Shown piece by piece: positions 18,384 through 28,225 of a stretch of DNA of 34,772 bases. The position numbers and the translations under genes are program-made. The notes beneath the pieces were generated by a model. The model ran no database searches. It saw nothing but the letters and a program-made list of their open reading frames with translations, and was not told the DNA's origin. The stretch lies in IMG/VR virus record IMGVR_UViG_3300029775_000400, one strand, 5' to 3'. Origin of the DNA: a virus. The first letter of the stretch is position 1. Every line of letters begins with the position of its first letter.

Positions 18384-18863
18384 TTATCCTTCTGGTTTTC
18401 TAGATTCTGTGATTGTGGGTGTTGCAGTCTGTTTTAATGCTGCATCAAAAGCTCTAATCAATTTCTGGGTTTCCTCTGGGAGTGTGCATTTATCTTCTTT
18501 TATGGCTTCAACTTGTAGATTATACCATTTTAGGGCGTGTTTATCTTTCCAAGTGGCTGGGCGCTGGGTTTCCCAGGCGTGGCCCTTTGATTTGACAACT
18601 ATACGGGCGTTCTCGGTTTCTGGGGAATCCCTGTAATCAACTAGGACATAAACTAGAGTTTCGCATTCACATTCAACAGTTATGGCCTTACCATCTTTTT
18701 TCATGAAGGATTTTGGTTTTAAACCCAACTTTTTACCACAATTAGGGCATTTTATGGCCTTAATTTTGTTGGCCTCATCCCTTAGATGGTTCTCTACTTT
18801 TTGGGTTTTCAATTTCTGGATTTCCAGGTCTATCTCCGCATTACTCTTTACTTTAGCCATCAC
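18384..18863 (-). CDS. Zn-ribbon hypothetical protein
   Basis: CPNCGKK...CEC; GGAGG RBS; directly after the MCP. Confidence 0.7.
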   Translation of the reverse strand: MMAKVKSNAEIDLEIQKLKTQKVENHLRDEANKIKAIKCPNCGKKLGLKPKSFMKKDGKAITVECECETLVYVLVDYRDSPETENARIVVKSKGHAWETQRPATWKDKHALKWYNLQVEAIKEDKCTLPEETQKLIRAFDAALKQTATPTITESRKPEG

Positions 18864-18919
18864 TTTAACCTCCTTTTCCTTGACATAAGAAAACTAGGGA
18901 TAAATTATAATCCCTGGTT

Positions 18920-19810
18920 TTATGCTGCATCGTATAGGTTTCTTAACTGCATAATGGCGTCGGTGTGGAATATGTCCTGGGCCTGGTAGGTTTCAGTGTT
19001 GTAGTAGATCATATTGTCCTTGTCGGGCATTCCCTGCTGGACTGGGAAGGTGTTTATATCCCATTCCACGTTTCTTTCTGCAACATCTGTTCCAAAGTAT
19101 TCAAGAAGTCCACAACCTGTAGCTAAACCTGTTGTCTGGTATATGTCGTTTACCCCGTTCTTGAACTGAGGAATCCTAGCAATGAAATCTAGGTAAGTGC
19201 TGCCTGTATTTGGTACCCTTCTAAGTAATTGTCCATAACTTAGAGGATCTAAGGCCAGTTTCATTGAAAGTCCTGTGTAAAGCTGTGTGCTTGCGAGCAT
19301 TCCCACGGCCTCAACAATTGTGTCATCTGGGGCGTTTGTGGTTCCGGCCTGGTTCCAAGCTTTACCATCATCTAATACAAGTGGGGTGGCGCTGGCGTCT
19401 TTGTACAAACCTTTTACGTTCCTATTGGCATCACCATTAAAGATGACATCATCCAAACTTTCACTCACAATCCTTCCAGACTGTCTGGCATCTTCACCGT
19501 TAAGAGCTGTAACTCCCATCCTTTGGTAAGCGTCAAGGGTCTGTTTGTGGAACTTAAAACCGTAAGTGTGTTCTATAACCTTAACGGTCCTAGGTTCTCC
19601 TTCCGAACTTTCCCTTGGCACTTCCCTAATCTTGTAACCTCTCTTTGCTTTACCTGTGAAGTTCTGAATGCTGTTCCTGGTTAAGGTTCCAACACCTGGA
19701 GGTATGTCTTCACCCCGGGCAATAAGGTTTGGTCCAACTAACGGGGCTTTGTAGGCTCTTATAACTTCTGCGCTAAAGTAATCTGTTATTTTTTGTGGTA
19801 GAAATCCCAT
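18920..19810 (-). CDS. Major capsid protein, HK97 fold (encapsulin/DUF2184-like)
   Basis: 296 aa after the decoration gene; IVSESLDDVIFNGDANRNVKGL motif. Confidence 0.85.
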   Translation of the reverse strand: MGFLPQKITDYFSAEVIRAYKAPLVGPNLIARGEDIPPGVGTLTRNSIQNFTGKAKRGYKIREVPRESSEGEPRTVKVIEHTYGFKFHKQTLDAYQRMGVTALNGEDARQSGRIVSESLDDVIFNGDANRNVKGLYKDASATPLVLDDGKAWNQAGTTNAPDDTIVEAVGMLASTQLYTGLSMKLALDPLSYGQLLRRVPNTGSTYLDFIARIPQFKNGVNDIYQTTGLATGCGLLEYFGTDVAERNVEWDINTFPVQQGMPDKDNMIYYNTETYQAQDIFHTDAIMQLRNLYDAA

Positions 19811-19823
19811 TTCTTATTCCTCC

Positions 19824-20288
19824 TTATAATTTAAGTTTTAGTGGGACAATGTCCCCAGCCTTACCGGCCTTATAGATTTTTCCTAGCCTTAATTTTAGGT
19901 TTGCAAAGGCGGCTGCTACTTCAGCGGATGTTGGTGTTGTAAGGGTTGGTGCTGCCTCGGTTGCAACGGCCCCATTTGCTGCAGGAACTACAATGTCCTG
20001 AAATGCAGAGTTACCGGCCAGTTTAACCCAAACACTACCAGAATCAAGGATTGTTGGGCTTTCATCTATCTGCCAGCCAGTTCTTTTAACGAATCCGCCG
20101 TTACCGTCTGGCATCATTTCATCTTCACATGGAACCGAAACACCAAGTGGTGTTGAACCTGCGGTGCAAACTTTTACCTTTGTACTGTCAGCGGGGTCTA
20201 TCATGACCACCGCGTAATCAGGTATAACTTCACTAGCTGTGAGGTCCAGGGCGATCTCGTGTGCATCGTTAAAGTCTTGAAGTGCCAT
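19824..20288 (-). CDS. Capsid decoration/cement protein
   Basis: 154 aa beta-rich protein between protease and MCP; PLGVSV, GSVWVKLAG, GKIYKAGKAGDIVPLKL. Confidence 0.7.
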   Translation of the reverse strand: MALQDFNDAHEIALDLTASEVIPDYAVVMIDPADSTKVKVCTAGSTPLGVSVPCEDEMMPDGNGGFVKRTGWQIDESPTILDSGSVWVKLAGNSAFQDIVVPAANGAVATEAAPTLTTPTSAEVAAAFANLKLRLGKIYKAGKAGDIVPLKLKL

Positions 20289-20290
20289 TC

Positions 20291-22294
20291 TTATTCCCTC
20301 CCCTGTTTATCAAGGTCTGATCTTAATTTTTTAACTTCATCCGCGTATTTGTTAGCGTCCTTCTCAATGCTACCATCAAATAGGTTTGGCATCTGGCCGT
20401 TTGGGGCTTTTTTCAGGATCCCCTTCATTACGCGTACTCCACCTTTTAAGCAGCCATCCAAATCTTTCTCTATTTCCTCATCAGTGTAACCGTAGTCCTC
20501 TTTGAGTGCCTTTTTCATGTCTTCCTCTGTATAATTTGGTGCTGGTTCACCGTGTGCTGCTGGGTTGAGTTTCTTGTGCAGGTCCACAGCACTTTTAACT
20601 AGGGATTTGTGGTCCTTGTCTGCGGTTTCTTTTTTCAGTTTCTGGTTGTCGGTTTGTAGGGTCTTTATTATAGCTCCCTGGTCCTCAATGAGTTTGCCCT
20701 GGGATTTTATAAGGTCTTCCTGGGTTCCAACTTTCTTTTCCAGGGCGTCTACCCTGTCATCTACTTTAACATCTTTCTTCATTTCTCCATCTCCTCCATT
20801 AGTTGGGCTTGTTGGCTCTGAACTTACTCCAGGGGCGGGTTTTGGTTCTTCAATGCCAAAAAGATTTTTAATGAACTGTTTTCCATCCTCTCCAAGATTT
20901 TTTAGTTTTGTTACAAATGATTCATCCAGGCCGTCTGGTAATGTTTTCTTTAATTCGGGTTTTTCAGATTTAACCATCCAAGCAACATTTTCCAGGGACT
21001 TTGTAACCATCTGTAGAGTTACAGGTACAGGATCTTCTAGTGTTACATCAATGTCTCCATCATCTCCAGTTGTCCTGGTAAATGGTACCTGGAAGTAATC
21101 CCCATCATAGGTACATATTATCACAAAGTCCGGTGTTGTCCAGGCTATGTAACAATCCCTGCTGATTCCTCCGTATGCGTTCGGGGTCCCGTATCGACGA
21201 TCTAATTCTTCTCCTACCTCGGATTGAATTGTTTCAAAGGCGTCATCCACTCCTATAACATCTTTTTTTAGTTTATTTTTCACTTTATAACCTCCAATTG
21301 TCTTCTTTTTCTCCTCATCTGCTTGGTGTTCATCAATAAGCTGTAAAAGTTCATCTGCTGCATCATAAAGGGCCTTGTTTTTACCTTTGGAACTCATTGC
21401 ACCGGCGGCTGCAGTTTTAGCAGCAATCACACCTTGACGTGAAACTTTACCATTGCCTTTCCCTATCTCAAAACCATAACTACCAGCCAGTTCTGGGTCT
21501 AGGTCTGGGTGTACGGCCAGGGCAACCTTCTTGTACTTCTCGATGTCATTGTCAAAGTCTGAAAAGCTGGGTTTACTCCATGAACCATTGTCAATATCAC
21601 CATTTTTAATGGCAGTTCTAGCCCACTGCATACAGGTTTGATTAACCTCATAGTCTGTTTTCTTCACCTTTTCAAGGTCCACAGTTAAAGATTTCCTTAT
21701 TTGACTGCAGATAGGACAAGCCTTCTGAATTGCCCGGGCTGTTCCTCTTGTCATCCAGGCACTGGGTATATCTGTTAGGGCGGCTTTGAAGAGTTGAACG
21801 CCATCTATTGGTGAAATTCCTTTGGAGGTCATTGGTAAGCGTTTTGTTGCCCGGCCTGTTATGGATCCACCCAGGGCCATTCCTGAATCTACGATGTCGC
21901 GGATGGTTTTCTCCCATTCACTGCGAACTTTTAGGTCTACCATTACGATCTTTTCGTCACCATTCTTCTCAACCCATGAATCTGTAACAGGACCTATCAG
22001 GCTTCTTAGGCCGTCAATGTGATAATCATCAATGTTAATGCCAGTGTAGTTTAGACCGTTAAATCCAATGCCTTTGGCTTGTGTTACAATGTCTTCCAGA
22101 GCGTTGTCGGTCATCTGTTCATTGTCCAGATCCTCTTCATCGCTGGAGATTCCGAACTGAATGTGGTAAGCGTTTCTTTGTTCTGCCTCATCATAAGCGT
22201 CATAAGCTTTAACAAGGGGCATTTTGAAGTTAAATTCCTTCTTAAATGTTGTTGGTGGCTGGTTAACTGTAAATGGTTTTGTTAATGTTTTCAT
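20291..22294 (-). CDS. Prohead protease-scaffold fusion
   Basis: HK97-type protease (SSDEEDLDNE, DDYH, LGGSITG, AALTDIPS), extra central domains, and a coiled-coil C-terminus; GGAGGTGA RBS. Confidence 0.82.
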   Translation of the reverse strand: MKTLTKPFTVNQPPTTFKKEFNFKMPLVKAYDAYDEAEQRNAYHIQFGISSDEEDLDNEQMTDNALEDIVTQAKGIGFNGLNYTGINIDDYHIDGLRSLIGPVTDSWVEKNGDEKIVMVDLKVRSEWEKTIRDIVDSGMALGGSITGRATKRLPMTSKGISPIDGVQLFKAALTDIPSAWMTRGTARAIQKACPICSQIRKSLTVDLEKVKKTDYEVNQTCMQWARTAIKNGDIDNGSWSKPSFSDFDNDIEKYKKVALAVHPDLDPELAGSYGFEIGKGNGKVSRQGVIAAKTAAAGAMSSKGKNKALYDAADELLQLIDEHQADEEKKKTIGGYKVKNKLKKDVIGVDDAFETIQSEVGEELDRRYGTPNAYGGISRDCYIAWTTPDFVIICTYDGDYFQVPFTRTTGDDGDIDVTLEDPVPVTLQMVTKSLENVAWMVKSEKPELKKTLPDGLDESFVTKLKNLGEDGKQFIKNLFGIEEPKPAPGVSSEPTSPTNGGDGEMKKDVKVDDRVDALEKKVGTQEDLIKSQGKLIEDQGAIIKTLQTDNQKLKKETADKDHKSLVKSAVDLHKKLNPAAHGEPAPNYTEEDMKKALKEDYGYTDEEIEKDLDGCLKGGVRVMKGILKKAPNGQMPNLFDGSIEKDANKYADEVKKLRSDLDKQGRE

Positions 22295-22337
22295 GGTGCT
22301 TATTCACCTCCATAAATTTTAAAAAAAAGTTTTTAGA

Positions 22338-22439
22338 TTATAACTTGAGTATAATGTGTGGTTTTCCTCTTAAACACACCCAAAACATTCTATGCTTATT
22401 TTTGGTGCTATCTCGGTATTTTGAGAAGTAAAACTTCAA
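22338..22439 (-). CDS. Small basic protein, 33 aa (MKFYFSKYRDSTKNKHRMFWVCLRGKPHIILKL)
   Basis: GGGAGGTGA RBS shortly upstream of TTG at 22439. Confidence 0.5.
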   Translation of the reverse strand: MKFYFSKYRDSTKNKHRMFWVCLRGKPHIILKL

Positions 22440-22485
22440 ATTCTCACCTCCCTTCATAACCAATACAAAAATAGGATAAAAATTT

Positions 22486-23358
22486 TTATTCAGATTCAGC
22501 CGTGGCGGGTTCTGACATGGCAAAGCCTGTAATAACTGGTTCGGCCATTGGAACATTGCAGCGGCATTTATCGTGTGATTCTGGGAATTCATCTGGACTG
22601 TAAGGACCATCTATAGCGTTATCTGTACATTCACCACATGGCGGAGAGTCACTATCACAATTTCCATTGTCTTCACAGGTTGTCCATGGAATCTTAATTT
22701 CAATGTTATAAGCTGTGATGGCGTTTTGGTATTGATCCAGGGCGCCTCCTTTGTAGGCTTCCACGTAACCATAGATCCCCATGGATTCAGATCTGTTGAT
22801 GGCTTCCTGGAAGATCCCATCAATGTTAACCTCGCTCTCATGGGTGGCGTAAAAGTCCTGAACATTGTTAAACTGTACCTGTAAACCTACCTTTGAGGTT
22901 ACTCGGTCGGCTATGTCCTGAGCATTGTTTAACTGTTGTTTTATCAGTGCGGTTTCCCGACCAGTGTCTGGTGTGGGTAATGCTGCAAGGCCTGCCCCTT
23001 TAATGTAACCATTAGCTTCTCTAACTCCTCGAGTGTACTGTTTTTCAATGTTTGTTTTAAGTTGGGGTGTGACCTCTTTCACATAGTCATCGGCCGCTTT
23101 TTGCATTTCTGTTTCAACATTGGGTTGGGTTATGGCAACTTTTCCAGCAATCCAAAACGCCATCAGGGCCGCCAGTAACTTTTTTCTGTGGTCGGTTTCC
23201 CCTTTCTCAGGTGTTCCATCACCAAGGGTTTCATCAGGTTCAAAGTCATCCTCCGTCAAATCTTTCTTTAAACAGCCAGGGCATGGAGTTTTAGTGGCTG
23301 GATAAGCTTTGAGAAGTAATTTATCAAAAAAGGATTCATCAACTGCTATATATTTCAT
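22486..23358 (-). CDS. MuF-like minor head protein
   Basis: C-terminal PWTTCED...CGEC...PESHDKCRC; follows the portal. Confidence 0.78.
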   Translation of the reverse strand: MKYIAVDESFFDKLLLKAYPATKTPCPGCLKKDLTEDDFEPDETLGDGTPEKGETDHRKKLLAALMAFWIAGKVAITQPNVETEMQKAADDYVKEVTPQLKTNIEKQYTRGVREANGYIKGAGLAALPTPDTGRETALIKQQLNNAQDIADRVTSKVGLQVQFNNVQDFYATHESEVNIDGIFQEAINRSESMGIYGYVEAYKGGALDQYQNAITAYNIEIKIPWTTCEDNGNCDSDSPPCGECTDNAIDGPYSPDEFPESHDKCRCNVPMAEPVITGFAMSEPATAESE

Positions 23359-23372
23359 ATAGAATCATCCCT

Positions 23373-23498
23373 TTATATTGAAAAGGCCATAAACTGAAAG
23401 ATAAGCCAAACAACACCCACTGCAGCCAAAATAAGTAGGAATACACAGAATAAAGATAGAGCAACAACACTGCAAGCAAATACTGAAGATTCATCCAT
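23373..23498 (-). CDS. Small single-TM protein, 41 aa
   Basis: AGGAGGT RBS and ATG; MDESSVFACSVVALSLFCVFLLILAAVGVVWLIFQFMAFSI. Confidence 0.7.
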   Translation of the reverse strand: MDESSVFACSVVALSLFCVFLLILAAVGVVWLIFQFMAFSI

Positions 23499-23531
23499 CT
23501 TTATAAACCTCCTTGTAAAAAAAGAATTAAA

Positions 23532-23645
23532 TCATTTTTTCAGGTCCATTTCGACTAATTTCTTAAACCGTTTAGCCTTATCATTATATTGGGGTTTGTG
23601 CTTCGTTCTGGTCTTTTTCTCTTTGAAGCGTGGATGTTCATACAA
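23532..23645 (-). CDS. Small Lys-rich protein, 37 aa
   Basis: GGAGGTG 6 nt before TTG; MYEHPRFKEKKTRTKHKPQYNDKAKRFKKLVEMDLKK. An alternative 28-aa ATG frame overlapping the portal stop also exists. Confidence 0.5.
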   Translation of the reverse strand: MYEHPRFKEKKTRTKHKPQYNDKAKRFKKLVEMDLKK

Positions 23646-25062
23646 CGCTCACACCTCCAGTGAGTTTTTTAATTAATCCATAGTCCCTAAGTGCATCTTT
23701 TACAATGTTGAGCTGTACTTTCTCACCACTTGCAGCTGCAGGTTGGGGGCTTGGCATTGGTTGAAGATCTTTCCATTCATCCCCTCCAAGGTCAACAGCG
23801 GCGGGTAAGTTTATCATGTCACGGACCTCTGGTCGGCTTATGGCACCGGTAGGCCATACTGCAGCAATAATTTGAGCAGCTTCTAGAAGATTCTTAGATA
23901 AAAATGGATTGTACTGTACTTCAAGGCGTCCCTCTGTGATGTCGTTCTGATTTAAAACTTCTTGGGCTGTGTTCTGGATTATCGGAGTGTAAATTGAGTT
24001 ACGCACACCATTTTCTTGTTTGGCTATGAACACATCTGTTAAGGCTTCCAGGGTTGCTCTGTTCACAACTTGACTCTGTGCATAAGCTAGTAATGTTAAA
24101 GGTACACCGAACTTAAACGCAATACTTTCTAGGGTTTGCTGTTCAAGTTCAACCATCTTAACCTCTTTACCCGCAAAACTGGACTGTTCAATATCCATCC
24201 AATCAAAACCAGCACTTGTACCACCACGATCAACTACTTTTTGGTAGTAGGTAGCGGAGTCATTAAGGTATTTTTTGGCTTCCTCTGCAGAGGATAAGAT
24301 TTTATCCTTCATGGGGCCTTCTCCCATGTCTTTTGTGTTTATTTTGATGGTCTGCAGTACCTGACTGTAAATATTACCCAATTTGGACCTGTATCTTGGG
24401 AAATGGGTTAAGGTTCTAAGGTCTGTTAAGGCCCTTTGTATGGCAGAGTGGCCGTATACAGATTTTTTGGATAGGTTGTTTTGAGTCCTGTAGATCACCC
24501 GGTCTTGGGTGAATGATGGTCCACTGACTCCGTCGATTGGTTTTTGTTGGTATTGAACGGTTCCGGTTTGGTCTTTCATCACGGCCCTTACGCTGTCCAT
24601 GGTTATGTTCATGGGGTTTATGCAGTCTGCACCGGTAACACCTGCAAATTTGTTACTGTAGAATTCTCCCATGCCGTTATATGTCTTGATTATGACGGAT
24701 CGGGCCAGTACTCGGAAGTATGTTGCAAACATCATCATGGTTGTATAAAAGTCCATTTCCACGAATTTTTCATCTACAACACGTTTGGCTTCTTTTCCAT
24801 CCTCCTCATCTTCAAATCCCACGGGTTTCAGGTTCCAACCCACACCCAGGTCAATGTAGTTTTGTAGGTCAATGAATGGCTGTGCGCCTCCACGGGTGTA
24901 ATGTAAGAGTAATTCCCATTCATCCGCAGCGGGCATATCCAGCATCTGGAGAATATTCCAGAATTGGAACATTGGATCCATCCTTTGAACCATTTCAAGG
25001 ACTTGATCTGAGTAATCGTTTCCTATGATAGGTGGATTATCACTTACTGCCATCTTTTTCAT
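23638..25062 (-). CDS. Portal protein
   Basis: 474 aa after TerL; SVYGHSAIQRAL, IAFKFGVPLTLL, GAISRPEVRDMINLP. Confidence 0.88.
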   Translation of the reverse strand: MKKMAVSDNPPIIGNDYSDQVLEMVQRMDPMFQFWNILQMLDMPAADEWELLLHYTRGGAQPFIDLQNYIDLGVGWNLKPVGFEDEEDGKEAKRVVDEKFVEMDFYTTMMMFATYFRVLARSVIIKTYNGMGEFYSNKFAGVTGADCINPMNITMDSVRAVMKDQTGTVQYQQKPIDGVSGPSFTQDRVIYRTQNNLSKKSVYGHSAIQRALTDLRTLTHFPRYRSKLGNIYSQVLQTIKINTKDMGEGPMKDKILSSAEEAKKYLNDSATYYQKVVDRGGTSAGFDWMDIEQSSFAGKEVKMVELEQQTLESIAFKFGVPLTLLAYAQSQVVNRATLEALTDVFIAKQENGVRNSIYTPIIQNTAQEVLNQNDITEGRLEVQYNPFLSKNLLEAAQIIAAVWPTGAISRPEVRDMINLPAAVDLGGDEWKDLQPMPSPQPAAASGEKVQLNIVKDALRDYGLIKKLTGGVSVV

Positions 25063-25077
25063 GTCTCCTTTTCACTT

Positions 25078-26568
25078 TCATATGCTGCTGCCCATGAGGG
25101 TTGGGTCAAATGCTACCTGTTCTGGTTCCTCTTCGGGGATGTCTAACTCACTGTAAGAGCCACTGAATGCGTCCACAAAGTCTTTTTGTTTTTTATCTGG
25201 GAAGTTCGCACATTGTTTAATAAAACGTTCTGCCAGAGGATGGGCTACCACATAGATTCCATTTACTTTTACCCAGTTTTTAGGGGCTTCTGCCCGGGCC
25301 TCTTTGTTGCCAGTTTCCTTGATGCCTTCAAAGTTGTATCCTGGCAGATTGATTAGGAAGTGTTTTGGTTGGCCTTTTCCGGCCTGGCCTGGGTCTTGTG
25401 GTATGCAATATTTAACGGTTTTTTTGGTCTTTTTATGGAGCCTGGCATAATTAGTAATGGCCTTGATTACCTCCGGTTCCTCTTCCCATATCTCAAATAG
25501 ATCAGTTATGAAAAGGCGGCGGTCCCGGGTTAAGGCCAGTTTCACACCTGCAGTTGAGGCACCACGCTGGCTTATTGGCGTTTCATCAGGGTACTTGGTA
25601 CCGGCCAGGTCAAACCACATAACTTCCTGGATAATGCCTTGTGGACGGTTCTCCACAATATGGAAATCTTTCTCTGAGAAGAATTTTCCCTTCCTGGAAG
25701 GTGGATCCTGTTGATAAATTGTTTGAAAATCTTCATCTCCAATATCCTTCTTAATCTGTAAAAGCTCTTCACGAGTTCTCAAGTCTGGACAAAGAGCTTC
25801 ACCAGGTTGACGGCCCAGAATGTCGTTTTCCTCTGCCAGTTCCGGTAAACGTAGATAAACCCATGTTTGGCCTAAATGTTCTCCACGGCGTAACCTTGGC
25901 AGTGCTTCCTCAACTGTAATCCATTCACGGCTTTGTAAGATGATACCGATTAAGTCGTTTTTGTCAAGGCGTTGGTGTATAACCACTACACCGGCCTGTT
26001 GGCGGGTGTAAGGGTCTTTTTCCTTCCTGGAGTTAATCACAGTGTTAAACAGGCTTTCAAGTTTTTCTTGGGTTCTGGGGCTGCGTGCTTCTTCAATGTT
26101 TTTGGTGGGATCATCAACTATGATGATATTTGCACCACGGCCCATGATACCGCCATTTATTCCGCTACAGAAGTATTCACCGCGATCATCACGAACCTTA
26201 AACCAGGATTTACTCTTTGTTGATTCGCTTAACTCAACAGGATACGGGAAATATTCACCAAACTCTTTAAGATTGTCACGAGCTTTCTCTCCAAAGGCTC
26301 TAGCTAGGGTTTCCTGGTAACTTACATGGATGATTTTCCAATAGGGCCGCATTCCCAAACAGTAGGCAGGAAATATTTCTGATACTTCCATGGATTTTCC
26401 TAATCTGGGTGATACTGCAGCTGCGAAGTTTTCCAGTTGCCCGTTGAAAATGTAATGCAAAAATTCAATTACCAGGTTAGTATGTGGGTAAGGTTGAAAA
26501 AGGCCATGAGTGCAGATCTTGGAGAAATCCCAGAGATCCATCAATGGCTTTTGTGTTTCTGTTGTCAT
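25078..26568 (-). CDS. terL: Terminase large subunit
   Basis: Walker A SPRLGKS, Walker B IIIVDDP, QTIYQQDP, nuclease FDLA and KDFVDAFS. Start at MTTET after GAGGTTG. Confidence 0.95.
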   Translation of the reverse strand: MTTETQKPLMDLWDFSKICTHGLFQPYPHTNLVIEFLHYIFNGQLENFAAAVSPRLGKSMEVSEIFPAYCLGMRPYWKIIHVSYQETLARAFGEKARDNLKEFGEYFPYPVELSESTKSKSWFKVRDDRGEYFCSGINGGIMGRGANIIIVDDPTKNIEEARSPRTQEKLESLFNTVINSRKEKDPYTRQQAGVVVIHQRLDKNDLIGIILQSREWITVEEALPRLRRGEHLGQTWVYLRLPELAEENDILGRQPGEALCPDLRTREELLQIKKDIGDEDFQTIYQQDPPSRKGKFFSEKDFHIVENRPQGIIQEVMWFDLAGTKYPDETPISQRGASTAGVKLALTRDRRLFITDLFEIWEEEPEVIKAITNYARLHKKTKKTVKYCIPQDPGQAGKGQPKHFLINLPGYNFEGIKETGNKEARAEAPKNWVKVNGIYVVAHPLAERFIKQCANFPDKKQKDFVDAFSGSYSELDIPEEEPEQVAFDPTLMGSSI

Positions 26569-26707
26569 GAAAAAAACAACCTCACAATATAAAGAGTAAT
26601 ACTCAAAAATTAGAAATACACGTGTAAACATTTCCAGCTAAGGCCTGAGAAGGCTTCATTCACATGATTAGTAATACTTTTTTCCAGTTCACAATAACCC
26701 CTTATAA

Positions 26708-27301
26708 TCAGTTTTCCTTAGCTTCCTTCTCCTTTTTACGCTTATAATAACCATCCATAGCTTCACGCTTAGAAGTAATCCAATCAGGATCACTCAAATT
26801 AGAATGTTCAACCTCAACCCGACCACTATGCCTCTGCTTAACCGTGCCACTCTGCTCCACCTTCTCAGTGGCCATACCACGAGCCAACCTTTCAGTGTCA
26901 ACACCAACCTTCCAAGTCCGGACAGCAGCATTCTTACGACTCTCCAAACTAGCCATAGACCGTAAATCTTCCTCAGCATTATTAAAATCATCCAACGCTT
27001 GCTTCTGAATCTGAACCGCATCCTCTGCCTGCCGCCGGTTCATTTCAACAATGGCCTGTAAATTCTTTTCAACCTGCATTTCATCAACAAAATCATCATA
27101 AGCCTCAGCACGCTCCACCCAATCATTTTGGGTTGAGTAGGATGCAATTTGCCTATGTGATATAGAATTCTTTGAATCTGCGTTGAATTTTTGATGAACC
27201 TGATCAAGTGATCGAGTAGGTCCTAAATCACGGTAAATACAGAAAAGTTTGAATGCTTTGCTTCGTTCACCTTTTTGGCGGAGCCATTTTTTATTGGTCA
27301 T
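26708..27301 (-). CDS. terS: Terminase small subunit
   Basis: WLRQKGERSKAFKLFCIYRDLGPTRSL...WVERAEAYD HTH-type N-terminus; upstream of terL. Confidence 0.8.
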   Translation of the reverse strand: MTNKKWLRQKGERSKAFKLFCIYRDLGPTRSLDQVHQKFNADSKNSISHRQIASYSTQNDWVERAEAYDDFVDEMQVEKNLQAIVEMNRRQAEDAVQIQKQALDDFNNAEEDLRSMASLESRKNAAVRTWKVGVDTERLARGMATEKVEQSGTVKQRHSGRVEVEHSNLSDPDWITSKREAMDGYYKRKKEKEAKEN

Positions 27302-27333
27302 TTTTGGATCACTTTAATGGTTAATTTCATAGA

Positions 27334-27445
27334 TTTTTGGTGAAGATCTTTCAGGATCTGGAAAGTTTTAGGAAGTTTTCATAAAGTTTATGGATTTTCT
27401 TACAACTTTCGGGTAATTTTGATTAATTTTCCAGGAAATTTTTTA
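27334..27445. other. Helically phased T-tract (bent DNA) segment upstream of terS
   Basis: T-tracts start at about 27366, 27376, 27387, 27395, 27407, 27417, 27427 and 27439; region appears non-coding. Confidence 0.6.
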
Positions 27446-27576
27446 CAAAAAATAGTTTACCAACTGGTACATTTTTTTAAGCTCTCATTCAATTTTATAC
27501 ACATTAAAATGATGAATGCGATTGTAGCTATGAGAACGTAAAAGTAGAACATTGTTAGGTCCATTTTAAGCACCTT

Positions 27577-27897
27577 TTAGAACCTGATTTTGAGTCCAAG
27601 TCCTATGAGAACACCGATAATGCTTGCAAGGACCATGAGGACGTTTGTTGTTTTGTTAAAAATAGAATCGTTATTGTTGTTTATTGCGTTTATGATGTCC
27701 ACTTTTTTGTCCACGTTGTTTACGGCGGTTTTGATTTCATCGAGTTTGTCGTCTGTATCCTTTTTTTCTGATTCAACACCATCAAGTCGTCTGTTGATTG
27801 ATGTGAAGAGGTCTTCATGGATACATTCGTGGCCTTGTGGCTCTGTTTTCATCTTCAAAGAACTCTTTGATCCAGGTTCATCTAGTAATCTACCCAT
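27577..27897 (-). CDS. Coiled-coil protein with C-terminal TM (XhlA/holin-like)
   Basis: Heptad stretch followed by VLMVLASIIGVLIGLGL; AGGTGA RBS. Confidence 0.6.
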   Translation of the reverse strand: MGRLLDEPGSKSSLKMKTEPQGHECIHEDLFTSINRRLDGVESEKKDTDDKLDEIKTAVNNVDKKVDIINAINNNNDSIFNKTTNVLMVLASIIGVLIGLGLKIRF

Positions 27898-27923
27898 GAG
27901 GATCACCTTTTTCCATCAAAATT

Positions 27924-28136
27924 TTATTCTTTTACAAATGCAGTATTGCCACCAACAGCCTGTATTAAAACCACAAGACCGTTCAGTACGGTTATTGCAA
28001 ATGTTATGTAAGCTGCCTGCGATGCAGAAACCATTGACTGTAAATATGTCAACATTGGTACTACAACAATAATTACCTGCACTGCTGCTGCTAACTGACC
28101 TGCTCCTGTCAAATTCTTAAATGCTTCAACTGCCAT
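27924..28136 (-). CDS. Two-TM holin-like protein, 70 aa
   Basis: Two hydrophobic helices and a short polar tail; GGAGG RBS. Confidence 0.55.
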   Translation of the reverse strand: MAVEAFKNLTGAGQLAAAVQVIIVVVPMLTYLQSMVSASQAAYITFAITVLNGLVVLIQAVGGNTAFVKE

Positions 28137-28225
28137 TTCCAATTCCTCCTAAAATTTTTTTTATTCAAACAAAAAGCGTATTAATAATAAACTATAATTT
28201 ATTAAGTATGTGTGGGTGATACAAG

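Noticed and set aside
22338-22865. ORF-track minus-strand ORFs 22338..22610 and 22611..22865 at full length
   Set aside because: They are out-of-frame shadows of the MuF gene; only the 3' 33 codons of the first have RBS support.
65-27000. Numerous 60-180-aa plus-strand ORFs antisense to structural genes
   Set aside because: Typical shadow ORFs fully overlapping well-supported minus-strand genes, with no recognisable motifs.
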